Virus record (IMG/VR): IMGVR_UViG_3300047311_000415
Location: 1-62,146 of that record
Strand: one strand, 5' to 3'
Length of the DNA: 62,146 nt
From: a virus
Taxonomy: Duplodnaviria; Caudoviricetes
Below are positions 25,141 to 34,670 of this stretch, piece by piece (the first letter of the stretch is position 1; each line of letters starts with the position of its first letter). The translations under genes were made by a program, and so were the position numbers. The notes under the pieces were generated by a model. That model was not told where the DNA came from and did not search any database. It saw nothing but the letters and a program-made list of their open reading frames with translations.

Positions 25141-26324
25141 AAAAGAATGATATGGATATGTGGAAAGACTCAGAGTTTGTCAAATTGTTTGAGCAAGTCG
25201 AGCTGAGTGCTACCACGATTGGCGCTCCCGCCCTATTCAAGGCGATGTTCAATAAGACTTCAGGTCACGTTTCAGAGTATTCCCATGAAGGAATGCTGAA
25301 GCAAATCGAAGATGATGCCGAAGATGCCACCAAGATTGAGTCAGTGAACGATAAGCTTCATAAGCGTATGCTTGAGAAGGGCGGTCGCCTGATCTATCGC
25401 AACATCAGGGCGTCTGGTGATAGCACCATCTATTTGTGGAAGGACGGCATTGTTGACCTCCAGATTACTGGAGATTATGTTAGCGTGCAGACTCTGTCAC
25501 TATCTCAGGCTTTCGTTGAGGAAGTGCGCGAGTACTTCAAGCCACAATGGTTGCCAGCCGAGAAGAAGGGGCACATCTATGCTATCGTTCGCCAGGGTAT
25601 GCACCTTAGCTTGAGCAGCATTGGTAATGCCGGCATTCCTTTGGTAGCTGATAACTACACCCAGAAGATTCAGGATGATTACAGGTTCGTCATCAATGAT
25701 TTGAATTCTGAGAGCCCATCTGGTCGCATCGTTATCATGCGTGGTCCTGCTGGAACTGGTAAGACACACTTGATTCGCGCCATGTTGTTGCAGGTCCCAG
25801 ACGCAATGTTCGTCTTGATCTCCCCCGAGGTTGTTACCAACTTGGCCGGCCCCGAGCTGTTGCCTTTGCTAATGAACTATCGTGGTGGTTCTACTGGACC
25901 AATCATTTTGGTTCTAGAAGATGCCGATCGTTGCTTGGTTACCAGAGCAGGCGAGAACATGAGCCTAATTCAATCTCTTTTGAATTTGGGTGACGGTATT
26001 TTGGGTTCGTTGCTAGATGTTCGCATCGTGGCAACAACCAATGCGGATGAGTTGAATCTGGATAAGGCCATCACTCGTCCAGGCCGCTTGTCCAAGATGT
26101 TGGATGTCAATTCTTTGGATCCATTGACGGCACAACAGATTTTCAGGCGCCTATTGCCTGATGCAAAGTTCCCAGTAGAGATCAATGGAAGCACTAATCC
26201 AAAGGATTTCAAAGTTACTCTGGCCGAGGTCTATTCATTGGCTCGCCAGAATGGTTGGAAGGCATCGCCTCGCAAAGTAGAGGATACTACTGAGGAAGAT
26301 GAGATGGAAGATTGGGATGAATAA
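25137..26324 (+). CDS. AAA+ ATPase (classical AAA clade)
   Basis: GPAGTGKT, LVLEDAD, LLNLGDG, ATTN, LDKAITRPGR. Confidence 0.92.
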   Translation: MKKNDMDMWKDSEFVKLFEQVELSATTIGAPALFKAMFNKTSGHVSEYSHEGMLKQIEDDAEDATKIESVNDKLHKRMLEKGGRLIYRNIRASGDSTIYLWKDGIVDLQITGDYVSVQTLSLSQAFVEEVREYFKPQWLPAEKKGHIYAIVRQGMHLSLSSIGNAGIPLVADNYTQKIQDDYRFVINDLNSESPSGRIVIMRGPAGTGKTHLIRAMLLQVPDAMFVLISPEVVTNLAGPELLPLLMNYRGGSTGPIILVLEDADRCLVTRAGENMSLIQSLLNLGDGILGSLLDVRIVATTNADELNLDKAITRPGRLSKMLDVNSLDPLTAQQIFRRLLPDAKFPVEINGSTNPKDFKVTLAEVYSLARQNGWKASPRKVEDTTEEDEMEDWDE

Positions 26325-26371
26325 TTATGCATAAAGGGGCAATCTAATACATAGGATTGTTCAGGAGTGTT

Positions 26372-26620
26372 ATGCAATCAGGTCAACTAATCGTAACAGG
26401 AAAAGATGAAGCTACAATTCCATTAAGTGGAATTCCTTGCGAAGTCAAAGTTCATTTCAAACATGAGCTTGAGGTAACTCCTTGCAATCCGCATCACAGA
26501 GACTGTCTAGAATATGAAGTCCATGTAAACCATCACCATAACCATCATAACAAGTTTAAGTTGGTTATCAAGTGGGAAGTATCTGGCGTACGTGAAATCA
26601 CTTGGAAAGTCTCTTACTAA
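26372..26620 (+). CDS. His-rich small protein A
   Basis: MQSGQLIVTG...PCNPHH...HHHNHHN; AGGAG SD; paralog of the next gene. Confidence 0.8.
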   Translation: MQSGQLIVTGKDEATIPLSGIPCEVKVHFKHELEVTPCNPHHRDCLEYEVHVNHHHNHHNKFKLVIKWEVSGVREITWKVSY

Positions 26621-26629
26621 GGATAACGT

Positions 26630-26920
26630 ATGCAAACTGGAATTCTAACTGTAACTGGAGAAGGAAAGACCGAGCTACCACTACGTGGTTGGCCTCGTGA
26701 AGTGATCGTGTTTTTCAAACCAGACCACGATCCAGTCCCTTGCGACCCACATCACCACCACCATCACAACGATCATTTGTCTCATCATGTCGAACATGAG
26801 GACGAAGATCGCAGAGAGCATCAAAGACCAGGCCACCACCACCACGATCGTAAGTTCTTCTTAGAGATCAAGTGGAAGGTGTCGAGTGTTCGTGAAATTG
26901 AATGGATTGTTTTTTACTAA
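26630..26920 (+). CDS. His-rich small protein B
   Basis: MQTGILTVTG...PCDPHHHHHH...KWKVSSVREIEW. Confidence 0.8.
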   Translation: MQTGILTVTGEGKTELPLRGWPREVIVFFKPDHDPVPCDPHHHHHHNDHLSHHVEHEDEDRREHQRPGHHHHDRKFFLEIKWKVSSVREIEWIVFY

Positions 26921-26929
26921 GGTGTTGTA

Positions 26930-27892
26930 ATGAAAGTTCTTGTATATGGATGGTATCATCAGCTTAATATTGGTGATGAGCTATTCGTGAACGCTTTTAG
27001 GAAGTTGTTTCCTGATTTTGAGTTCTCTTTTCGCGAGAACATTTCTGTCAAACATTTAGAAGGTATAGATGCCGTCTTCTTCGGAGGCGGCTCTTTTCTT
27101 TTGGGCAAGCCTCAAATCTCAGAAGACGCCTTACAGATTATCAAAGCCAAACCAATTTTCTATCTTGGTGTAGGTATTGAGTCAGACATACATCCTATTC
27201 ATCAGGAATTGATTGGGCGAGCAAAACTGATTGCCACACGATCTTTGGACCAAGTGGATAGAATTAGGGCCCTGAATCCCAGCGTCATGTGGATACCTGA
27301 CCTAGTATACTGTTTGCAGGATGACATCGTTCTGTCACCCAAAATTAACCGCTCGGTGTTAGTTCTCCCTAACATTTCAGTGGTTCCACATCATCTCGAT
27401 GCAAATTGGATGCATGCCTCCTGGGCCCATTTCAAGTCTGAGTTCTCTCAGTTCCTAGATGGCTTGGTCATAGAAGGCTATAAATTAGACTTTATGTCCA
27501 TGTGTCGTGGGGCTAAGGTCAATGATGATTGGCCGGCTGGAGAGATCATCGGACATATGACCCGTCGTGATAAGTATCTTCTGAAGGACCAGCCCGTAGG
27601 TATTGAGCAGGTCACACGCCTCATGTCCCAGTATAGTTTAGTCATTACCCAGAGGTTCCATGGCATCGTTCTATCCGAAATGGTTAAGGTGCCCTATATC
27701 GCCCTCCACCATCACGATAAATTGAAATTCACCTATCCACGTAATGGGGCCTTCATATCCTATTATAATTGTTCAAAACAACTTCTTAATGACACATTTG
27801 ATCATACCATTAGAATGAATTTTGGTGATGAGCTGCCAATAGAATCCAATATCTTTAGGACTCTTGTTGAAGAGGTACGAGGTCTTCTATGA
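26930..27892 (+). CDS. polysaccharide pyruvyltransferase family protein
   Basis: YGWY..LNIGDEL, FGGGSF, LGVGI, PDLV, TQRFHGIVLS. Confidence 0.88.
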   Translation: MKVLVYGWYHQLNIGDELFVNAFRKLFPDFEFSFRENISVKHLEGIDAVFFGGGSFLLGKPQISEDALQIIKAKPIFYLGVGIESDIHPIHQELIGRAKLIATRSLDQVDRIRALNPSVMWIPDLVYCLQDDIVLSPKINRSVLVLPNISVVPHHLDANWMHASWAHFKSEFSQFLDGLVIEGYKLDFMSMCRGAKVNDDWPAGEIIGHMTRRDKYLLKDQPVGIEQVTRLMSQYSLVITQRFHGIVLSEMVKVPYIALHHHDKLKFTYPRNGAFISYYNCSKQLLNDTFDHTIRMNFGDELPIESNIFRTLVEEVRGLL

Positions 27893-27904
27893 TGGCTGGT
27901 ATAA

Positions 27905-29185
27905 ATGGCACGTTTTATTGGAGTGAAGCACAACAGAATCTGTGTAGTGTCAGACAACATATTCAATAATTCTGGGTTGGATGTTATTGAGATCCCGCCT
28001 GAGCTGGCGCACGTCTCTCCAGCCGACCTGCTAACCTCCTGCGTTGTGAGGAATGGGCAGATTAAATGTAAATGTTCTAGAAAGTCCGCTAAGCAATTAA
28101 GAGTAGCATTAGTGGGTAATTGGAAAATGAGATGTGGAATAGCCACATACTCAGAAAACTTATGGCCAGAAGTTGCTAAGCACGTTGGAGATTTCAAGCT
28201 CTTCATTGAGCAAAATGATATTGCGACCGGAGACGTTCATCAATTTGGTGACGTGACCCTCTCAGACGCTCAGGTTAGCGTTTGTTGGAAGCGAGGCGAA
28301 TCGTTACAAAAGTTAGTTCAAGAATTGAAGGATTATGACCCGGATATTATCTGGATTCAACACGAGTTTGGTTTGTGGCCCAATGCTAGTTACTGGTTAT
28401 CAATGATGAGTCAGTTGTCTGACTATCGTGTTATCGTAACCATGCATTCTATTTTTCATCACAGGGATAAGACAATCGTAGAAGCAGCTATGCCTGAGAT
28501 TATCTCTCACTTAGAGGGTGGTCGTAAACTTCTCAAGGAAGAGAAGGGTCTTAGCTCTAAAGTATATGTGATCCCTCACGGCTGCTACAAGTTCGATAAC
28601 CAGCGCCTTTGGAACTTCTACAAGTCAGAAAAAACTTTCATGCAGTTTGGCTTCGGCTTCCGCTACAAGGGCTGGGAGAATTCTATAAGAGCTACTGCCA
28701 TTCTAAAAGAAAAGTATCCTGACGTTTTCTTTACTGGGCTTTTCTCGGAGTCACCATACGCTAAGCTGGAACACCAAATATATTACAACGAACTAATGAA
28801 TCTGATTGGTGAGCTTGGAGTTCAAGAGAATGTTGCTATCCTACGTGGCTATCAATCAGACGAAGTCCTAGATAGTTTCTTGCGTACTAACCAAGCAACC
28901 ATCTTCCCATATGTCTCACATCCGGCCCATGAAGTATTTGGAGCATCAGGTGCAGCTCGTATGGCTATGTCAAAAGGATTGCCAGTAGTTACCTCTTCTG
29001 TCAACCACTTCTCTGATTTGCCAACTATGAAAGCTGATACTCCAGAAGATATTGCTACGGCCCTAGAAACTATTTTCACGGTCCCAGGTGCTAAAGAAAA
29101 GCAACTACAGGACCAAATGAGCTATCTAGATGAAAACACTTGGGAAAACATCGGCCTACGCTACATTCAAGTATTCGAGGAATGA
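27905..29185 (+). CDS. GT-B glycosyltransferase (GT4-like) with N-terminal extension
   Basis: RCGIATYS, QHEFGL, TMH, IPHG, FGF...YKG.E, SGA...AM..G.PVV.S. Confidence 0.88.
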   Translation: MARFIGVKHNRICVVSDNIFNNSGLDVIEIPPELAHVSPADLLTSCVVRNGQIKCKCSRKSAKQLRVALVGNWKMRCGIATYSENLWPEVAKHVGDFKLFIEQNDIATGDVHQFGDVTLSDAQVSVCWKRGESLQKLVQELKDYDPDIIWIQHEFGLWPNASYWLSMMSQLSDYRVIVTMHSIFHHRDKTIVEAAMPEIISHLEGGRKLLKEEKGLSSKVYVIPHGCYKFDNQRLWNFYKSEKTFMQFGFGFRYKGWENSIRATAILKEKYPDVFFTGLFSESPYAKLEHQIYYNELMNLIGELGVQENVAILRGYQSDEVLDSFLRTNQATIFPYVSHPAHEVFGASGAARMAMSKGLPVVTSSVNHFSDLPTMKADTPEDIATALETIFTVPGAKEKQLQDQMSYLDENTWENIGLRYIQVFEE

Positions 29186-29265
29186 AATTACTGATAAAAA
29201 ACGATATGACCTATGAAATTAATGATATATAGGGTGATTGACAGCATTTTACACAAGGAGCATGA

Positions 29266-30231
29266 ATGTCAAACACTAATTACACCCTCGAAATCATTAG
29301 CCACCATCCAAAGTTCAACAACAAATCGTTGCGCAAATACTATGTAGATGGAATCGAAACGGTCGGCGCTTGGGGTGATGAGCCTTTTGAGATCCGTTTC
29401 AAGAACAACACCTGGCAAAAAGTTCAGGTAAAGATTACATTAGACGGAACTGATATCTTGAGTGGTAAACCAGGAGATACTCAGGTGTCCAAAGATATGT
29501 GGGTCGTCAACGGTTACGGTACACTATCTCTCAAGGCTTGGCCAGAAACTAACAATGGCGGAGCCGCTTTCGTTTTTACGGGCGCTGCTAATAGCGTTGC
29601 AGTTCATACTCATGGAGACCTCTCTAGCCGTGGTATCATTGCTGCCGCCGTCTTTACTGAAGGCCATGTAGAACCAATTAGAATCCCACCAGTACATCAC
29701 CATCACCACTATAAGTCACGGGAGAGGCGTAGCATCTCTCCATTGCCGTACTACGGAGGCACTTCAATTGGTGGAGGAACGTTTGGTTCTGGCGGAGTCA
29801 TTTACTCTGGCGACTCTTTCACTCTTGGTGGAACGCTTGGTGATACTACTGTCAGCTACAACAATGTTGCCCCTGGTGCTGCTTCTGCCTCTAATTATAT
29901 GAATGAAGTTAGCGATAGTGATAGTCGAGGTGAAGTTGCTACTTTTGACAGTTTGGTATCAGTAGGTGCTGGAGAACATGTTGATCAAAAGATCGTAGAA
30001 GTGGCCGGGTTAATCAAACCAACCTTTACTGAGACTGTTAGGGTCAAGTATCTATGGTGGGATGATCTAACTGCCAAGCTACGTACTGAAACTCATGCTA
30101 AGCCACAACCTTCTGGCTTTCCAGGTGACGATGATAGAAAGAACATTGACCTCAAATGCACTCCAAGAGTTGGAGAGAAGCAAGGAACATTTCGTCGAGT
30201 AGAACAACCACAAGTGTTTGATCGATTCTAA
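29266..30231 (+). CDS. hypothetical protein (beta-rich N-terminal domain, Gly/His-rich linker)
   Basis: 321 aa; AAGGAG SD; GATATATA element upstream and a hairpin downstream. Confidence 0.85.
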   Translation: MSNTNYTLEIISHHPKFNNKSLRKYYVDGIETVGAWGDEPFEIRFKNNTWQKVQVKITLDGTDILSGKPGDTQVSKDMWVVNGYGTLSLKAWPETNNGGAAFVFTGAANSVAVHTHGDLSSRGIIAAAVFTEGHVEPIRIPPVHHHHHYKSRERRSISPLPYYGGTSIGGGTFGSGGVIYSGDSFTLGGTLGDTTVSYNNVAPGAASASNYMNEVSDSDSRGEVATFDSLVSVGAGEHVDQKIVEVAGLIKPTFTETVRVKYLWWDDLTAKLRTETHAKPQPSGFPGDDDRKNIDLKCTPRVGEKQGTFRRVEQPQVFDRF

Positions 30232-30239
30232 TCGACTCG

Positions 30240-30270
30240 GAGGTAGATAATTCTTTCTACCTCATTTTAT
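30240..30270 (+). terminator. probable intrinsic terminator
   Basis: GAGGTAGA-TAATTCTT-TCTACCTC followed by ATTTTAT. Confidence 0.6.
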
Positions 30271-30279
30271 AGGCGCGTC

Positions 30280-30307
30280 TTGACAACGCATCCGTAGAAA
30301 TTATGTT
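30280..30307 (+). promoter_or_regulatory. sigma70-like promoter
   Basis: TTGACA-N16-TATGTT. Confidence 0.7.
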
Positions 30308-30330
30308 GTGAGCGAACGGGAGAACTGCTC

Positions 30331-30471
30331 ATGATTATCAGTCTAATTTTCGCAATTGCCAACTTCTATTTCGCTTATAAAGCTCTTAGAGAAAAGCGCT
30401 GGGGCTGGTGCGCGTTTTCTGTTCTTTTGGGCGGGTTTTGTGCCTATCAAGTTGTTGCTACAATCTTGTAG
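30331..30471 (+). CDS. 46 aa two-helix membrane microprotein
   Basis: MIISLIFAIANFYFAYKALREKRWGWCAFSVLLGGFCAYQVVATIL; GGGAG SD. Confidence 0.6.
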   Translation: MIISLIFAIANFYFAYKALREKRWGWCAFSVLLGGFCAYQVVATIL

Positions 30472-30493
30472 GCATAACGATATATACGTTTAT

Positions 30494-30539
30494 GAACCCA
30501 GTGAGGGTTCTTGAAAATTGACACACGGAGAGTGTAATT
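30494..30539 (+). promoter_or_regulatory. twin-hairpin leader of nadM
   Basis: GAACCC-AGTGA-GGGTTC and ACAC-GGAGA-GTGT (SD in the loop). Confidence 0.55.
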
Positions 30540-31547
30540 ATGGAAGAATATCAGTATTGCGTTTGCATTGGTCGTTTCGAGCCATTTCACCTTGCACATC
30601 ATGAGCTTATCAAAGACGCTCTGAGTCATGCAAAGACTGCGCTAGTTGTTATTGGTAGTGCTCATAAAGCCCGTACCATTCAGAATCCTTGGACCGCTGA
30701 TGAGCGAGAGGCAATGATTGTCGCCGCTCTTACAGAAGAGGAAAGGGCACGAGTCAAGTTCTATCATGTTCGTGACTACTTCTACACCAACAACCGTTGG
30801 TTGTCTGAAGTTCAGCGAATTATTACTGAAGCCACTGATGGAATTGAAGATGACCAGATTTGCCATATCGGTGAGAAAGAGAACGATGAATGGTTCCCTC
30901 AGTGGGACTTCTTCGAGATGCGCAATCTAGATCGAATGCCACATGCAACTCGCATTCGCACCTTGTATTTCACTCACGATATTGCCTATAAGAACCATCT
31001 GGACTCCCCAGTTGTTGAAATCTTAGAGAACTTCAAAACAACTCCGGCCTTCAAAATCTTGAAAGATGAGTATGATCATATCAGAAGTTATCGTACTGCC
31101 TGGGATGGTGCGCCTTTTGCTCCAACTTTCGTTACAGTTGACTGTGTGGTTATTCGCAGCGGTCATGTACTGACAGTTCGTCGAAAGGGCAGTCCTGGTC
31201 GAGGTTTGATTGCTCTTCCTGGTGGATTCTTGAACCAGAAGGAAACTATTCTTGAGGGAGCCCTTCGAGAATTGAAGGAAGAGACTGGCATCAAGGTTTC
31301 CAAAGAGGAATTGGAAAAGTCTATCACCGAACAGAAAGTGTTCGACTATCCCGATCGTTCCCTGCGTGGCCGAACGATTACACATGCGTTTCTTATCGAT
31401 CTTGCTAACGGCCCACTTCCTGTTGTGAAAGGTATGGATGATGCCGATAAGGCATGGTGGATGTCTCTAAGCGACTTGGCAACGAGAGAAGCTGAGTTCT
31501 TTGAAGATCATTTCCACATCATTTCACACTTCGTCAACAAGTTCTAA
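30540..31547 (+). CDS. nadM: bifunctional NMN adenylyltransferase / Nudix (ADP-ribose) hydrolase
   Basis: IGRFEPFHLAH, IGSA...QNPWT..ER, PTFVTVD, Nudix box GGFL...ETILEGALRELKEETG, SLRGRTIT, FFEDH. Confidence 0.95.
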   Translation: MEEYQYCVCIGRFEPFHLAHHELIKDALSHAKTALVVIGSAHKARTIQNPWTADEREAMIVAALTEEERARVKFYHVRDYFYTNNRWLSEVQRIITEATDGIEDDQICHIGEKENDEWFPQWDFFEMRNLDRMPHATRIRTLYFTHDIAYKNHLDSPVVEILENFKTTPAFKILKDEYDHIRSYRTAWDGAPFAPTFVTVDCVVIRSGHVLTVRRKGSPGRGLIALPGGFLNQKETILEGALRELKEETGIKVSKEELEKSITEQKVFDYPDRSLRGRTITHAFLIDLANGPLPVVKGMDDADKAWWMSLSDLATREAEFFEDHFHIISHFVNKF

Positions 31548-31556
31548 GGAGGTCTT

Positions 31557-31763
31557 ATGGAAAATTATGTTTGTTCAGTTTGTGGAGCAGCCGCCTACTA
31601 TGACGGCCGCTGTGGAGATGGCCCAATCCTAATGTGTGGTTGTAACAAAGGGCAATGGATTAATGATGGCCGTGGCGGCTATTATGACAATCCAAGGAAT
31701 GCGCAACCAGTTCCAGAACCACCTTTTGTGGATTATGGTTCCAGAGATCGTCGTGACTGGTAA
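31557..31763 (+). CDS. small Cys/Gly-rich protein
   Basis: CSVC...C...CGC; AGGAGG SD. Confidence 0.7.
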   Translation: MENYVCSVCGAAAYYDGRCGDGPILMCGCNKGQWINDGRGGYYDNPRNAQPVPEPPFVDYGSRDRRDW

Positions 31764-31807
31764 AATTCCCAGAGAGGGAATTCCAAAACAAATACGGAGA
31801 GTATATC
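31764..31807 (+). promoter_or_regulatory. twin-hairpin leader of nadV
   Basis: AATTCCC-AGAGA-GGGAATT and ATAC-GGAGA-GTAT (SD in the loop). Confidence 0.55.
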
Positions 31808-33223
31808 ATGAATACAACATACACCGAGGAAAACTTCCTCATTGACACCGATAGTTATAAAGTAAGCCATTACCTACAGTACCCGCCCGGCACAACTTCG
31901 ATGTTTAGCTACATCGAATCCCGTGGTGGAGACTACAAGAAGACAGTGTTCTTCGGTTTGCAGTATTACCTCAAGAAGTACCTCAGTCACCGTGTGACGG
32001 TTGAGGAAGTTGAGGAAGCCAAAGAGTTCTTCGAGGCTCATGGTGAACCCTTCAACTACGAAGGTTGGATGTATATCGCCAAGGATCTTGGTGGTAAGTT
32101 GCCGGTTCGTATTCGAGCTGTGCCCGAGGGTAGCGTAGTTCCTACTCACAATATCTTAGTCAGTATCGAATCTACTGATCCCAAAGTCTTTTGGGTGGTC
32201 TCCTGGGTCGAAACAATGCTACTTAGGGTCTGGTATCCTATCAACGTAGCAACCAGGAGTCACAAAATTAGACAGATCATCTTAGAAGCCTTGCAAGTCT
32301 CGGCAGATGATCCAGAAGCAGAAATCAATTTCAAGCTGCACGATTTCGGTAGTCGAGGCGTTTCGTCTCAGGAATCGGCAATGATTGGTGGCGCTGCTCA
32401 CTTGGTCAACTTCATGGGTTCTGATACTGTCGTTGGTGTGCGATGCGCCAACAAATTCTACAACACCAAGATGGCGGGTTTCAGTATCCCGGCCATGGAG
32501 CATAGCTCTGTTACCTCTTGGGGTAAGGACCATGAAGCAGATGCCTATCGCAACATGCTTCAGAAAACTGCTAAACCAGGCGGCCTAGTTGCCTGCGTAA
32601 GCGACTCCTACAATCTGTGGAACGCTTGCTCTAACCTATGGGGCAAAGAACTGAAGGATGAAGTTATCAAGTCGGGAGCCACTGTGGTTATTCGTCCTGA
32701 CTCTGGAGATCCTTCCAGTGTGGTACTCCGTACCGTTCAGTTGCTTGAAGAAAAGTTTGGGTCCACTGTCAACAGCAAGGGATTCAAAGTTCTCAACAAC
32801 GTGCGCGTTATCCAGGGAGACGGCATCAATGAAGACTCCATCCAGGAGATTCTGAACAATTTGTTGGACCATGCTTACAGCGCCAGCAACATTGCTTTTG
32901 GTATGGGTGGTGCTCTATTGCAGCAGCACAATCGTGACACCTTGAAATTCGCTATGAAGTGCAGCCACATCTACCGTACGGTACATGGTGAGCAGGTTTC
33001 AGTGGATGTTTTCAAGGACCCGATTACTGACCATGGTAAAGTCAGCAAAGCTGGTCGTTTGGACCTCATTCGTGATATGTCAGGCAACTGGTCTACTGTT
33101 ACTTTAGGTGACCGAGATCATCACCTCTTGACGGTAATGGAGACGGTATATGAGAATGGTGAGGTTCTGGTGAACGAGACGTTTGATCGTATTCGCGCCC
33201 GGGCCATGGGAGAAAATGTATGA
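31808..33223 (+). CDS. nadV: nicotinamide phosphoribosyltransferase (NAMPT)
   Basis: DTDSYKVSH, YIESRG, LHDFGSRG, PAMEHS, VSDSY, IRPDSGDP, IQGDG, FGMGGALLQ..NRDT. Confidence 0.96.
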   Translation: MNTTYTEENFLIDTDSYKVSHYLQYPPGTTSMFSYIESRGGDYKKTVFFGLQYYLKKYLSHRVTVEEVEEAKEFFEAHGEPFNYEGWMYIAKDLGGKLPVRIRAVPEGSVVPTHNILVSIESTDPKVFWVVSWVETMLLRVWYPINVATRSHKIRQIILEALQVSADDPEAEINFKLHDFGSRGVSSQESAMIGGAAHLVNFMGSDTVVGVRCANKFYNTKMAGFSIPAMEHSSVTSWGKDHEADAYRNMLQKTAKPGGLVACVSDSYNLWNACSNLWGKELKDEVIKSGATVVIRPDSGDPSSVVLRTVQLLEEKFGSTVNSKGFKVLNNVRVIQGDGINEDSIQEILNNLLDHAYSASNIAFGMGGALLQQHNRDTLKFAMKCSHIYRTVHGEQVSVDVFKDPITDHGKVSKAGRLDLIRDMSGNWSTVTLGDRDHHLLTVMETVYENGEVLVNETFDRIRARAMGENV

Positions 33224-33498
33224 AGGTCGTATCATCACCCGACATTACTGGATGGAAACAGACATGCAAGTGTTTTGTTTGCTCCTCTGAACTAGAAGTG
33301 GGAGCTGATGATCTTCGTCACAGAATAGAGAAGAAATGGTATAGTGGCCGTGATTTTGATGACGGATACTATAGCGATTACGATTATTGGTATGTTGATT
33401 GCCCAATGTGCAAAAAACAAGTCGCTGTAAGAGAAGGCGACATACCTTATCTTCTCAAAGAGAAAGTCCGAGAAAGATCAAAAGTCAAATCCAAATGA
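33220..33498 (+). CDS. Zn-ribbon protein
   Basis: CFVC...CPMC. Confidence 0.75.
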   Translation: MKVVSSPDITGWKQTCKCFVCSSELEVGADDLRHRIEKKWYSGRDFDDGYYSDYDYWYVDCPMCKKQVAVREGDIPYLLKEKVRERSKVKSK

Positions 33499-34061
33499 TC
33501 TATGCTGTAAGTTTCAAGCATACCATCCCTGAAGATGCCTTGTCCATGGACGTGACCTCTAGGTCTAATACTTGGGGAAGGCACCTCAGTCCTTTCAATC
33601 TGGGGCCGGTAGACCTCTATGATGGATACGTAGCGAAAAACATTGAGAACGCATTTCAATTCTCAAGAGTTTATCCAGAGTATTCTACAGTAGATGGTTT
33701 GCCGTCCTCTCATTATTGGGAGTGGGCGAAGACTGGTTGGGCCGAATCTAAACCCATCAAGTATCCAATGGGTGTCTGGAACAAACATTTGTATCATTGG
33801 TGGGATGGCAAGAAGATTAACGGGATAGAAGCTCAAAACCAAATCTTCTTACCGCTTTATAAGAAGGCCGTTATCAAGATACCGGCGTTTGAGAAGCTAA
33901 AGTATTTTTACGAAAACTCAAAACAAGACATTTACTTGATCGATTTTGAGGGGTATAATCATCGTTATCTGGAGAAAACCTGGGATCAGGTTGTCAACGA
34001 TCCTGACCGTCCTGTAGGGCAGGCGTTTGCTCTCTGCATGATATTAGAGGGTTATCTATGA
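33495..34061 (+). CDS. hypothetical protein, possibly a divergent NADAR-like fold
   Basis: DVTSRS, LSPF, ENAFQFSRV motifs; located in the NAD/ADP-ribose cluster. Confidence 0.6.
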   Translation: MIYAVSFKHTIPEDALSMDVTSRSNTWGRHLSPFNLGPVDLYDGYVAKNIENAFQFSRVYPEYSTVDGLPSSHYWEWAKTGWAESKPIKYPMGVWNKHLYHWWDGKKINGIEAQNQIFLPLYKKAVIKIPAFEKLKYFYENSKQDIYLIDFEGYNHRYLEKTWDQVVNDPDRPVGQAFALCMILEGYL

Positions 34062-34360
34062 AAAAGACTAAGACCTGGCATGAACAACTAGATGAGATTG
34101 TAATTGACAACATCTTTGGGCACAACGTAGAGTGGGATGTTAAAGATGTACGAAAGTATATTCTTGGATTAGAAGAACTCGGTGCCGCCAATATCAAGAT
34201 TATGGATTTGGACAGCATGCGATTTGAATTGCCGGCCGAACAAAATCAAGCCGAACTCCTAATGTTCATTCTGACAGGTGGAGGCCGCAATGGCCGAATG
34301 CCATCTTCTGTTGATCATAACAAAAAGAAGAGTACTCTAACTCTGAATTTTGATTGGTAA
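34058..34360 (+). CDS. hypothetical protein
   Basis: 100 aa ORF. Confidence 0.7.
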   Translation: MKKTKTWHEQLDEIVIDNIFGHNVEWDVKDVRKYILGLEELGAANIKIMDLDSMRFELPAEQNQAELLMFILTGGGRNGRMPSSVDHNKKKSTLTLNFDW

Positions 34361-34670
34361 TCCAATGATGACCATTGACGAAGAAGTTGAGCGTTTGATT
34401 GCTTTCTTATCGCATCCAGCAGGATTCGATGTAGATTTGGGTGGGACTCTTTGTATTCGCCCTATAGATGAATGTTCTCCGCCTGAGCACTGGGAAGTTG
34501 ATTGGATAGAAAATCCTTATGCTGAAGTTTCCCCAGCATTCGCTTATGAATACCATAAAGCATTCCCTTCTTTACAAGAAGCGGCCCAATTCTTTGTAGA
34601 AAAAAGACGATATTTGTGTTGTGGATTAGATTTTGAAGCTGAACAAATGAAAGAAGAAACGCATGAGTAG
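34350..34670 (+). CDS. hypothetical protein
   Basis: About 100 aa ORF; start uncertain. Confidence 0.65.
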   Translation: MIGNPMMTIDEEVERLIAFLSHPAGFDVDLGGTLCIRPIDECSPPEHWEVDWIENPYAEVSPAFAYEYHKAFPSLQEAAQFFVEKRRYLCCGLDFEAEQMKEETHE

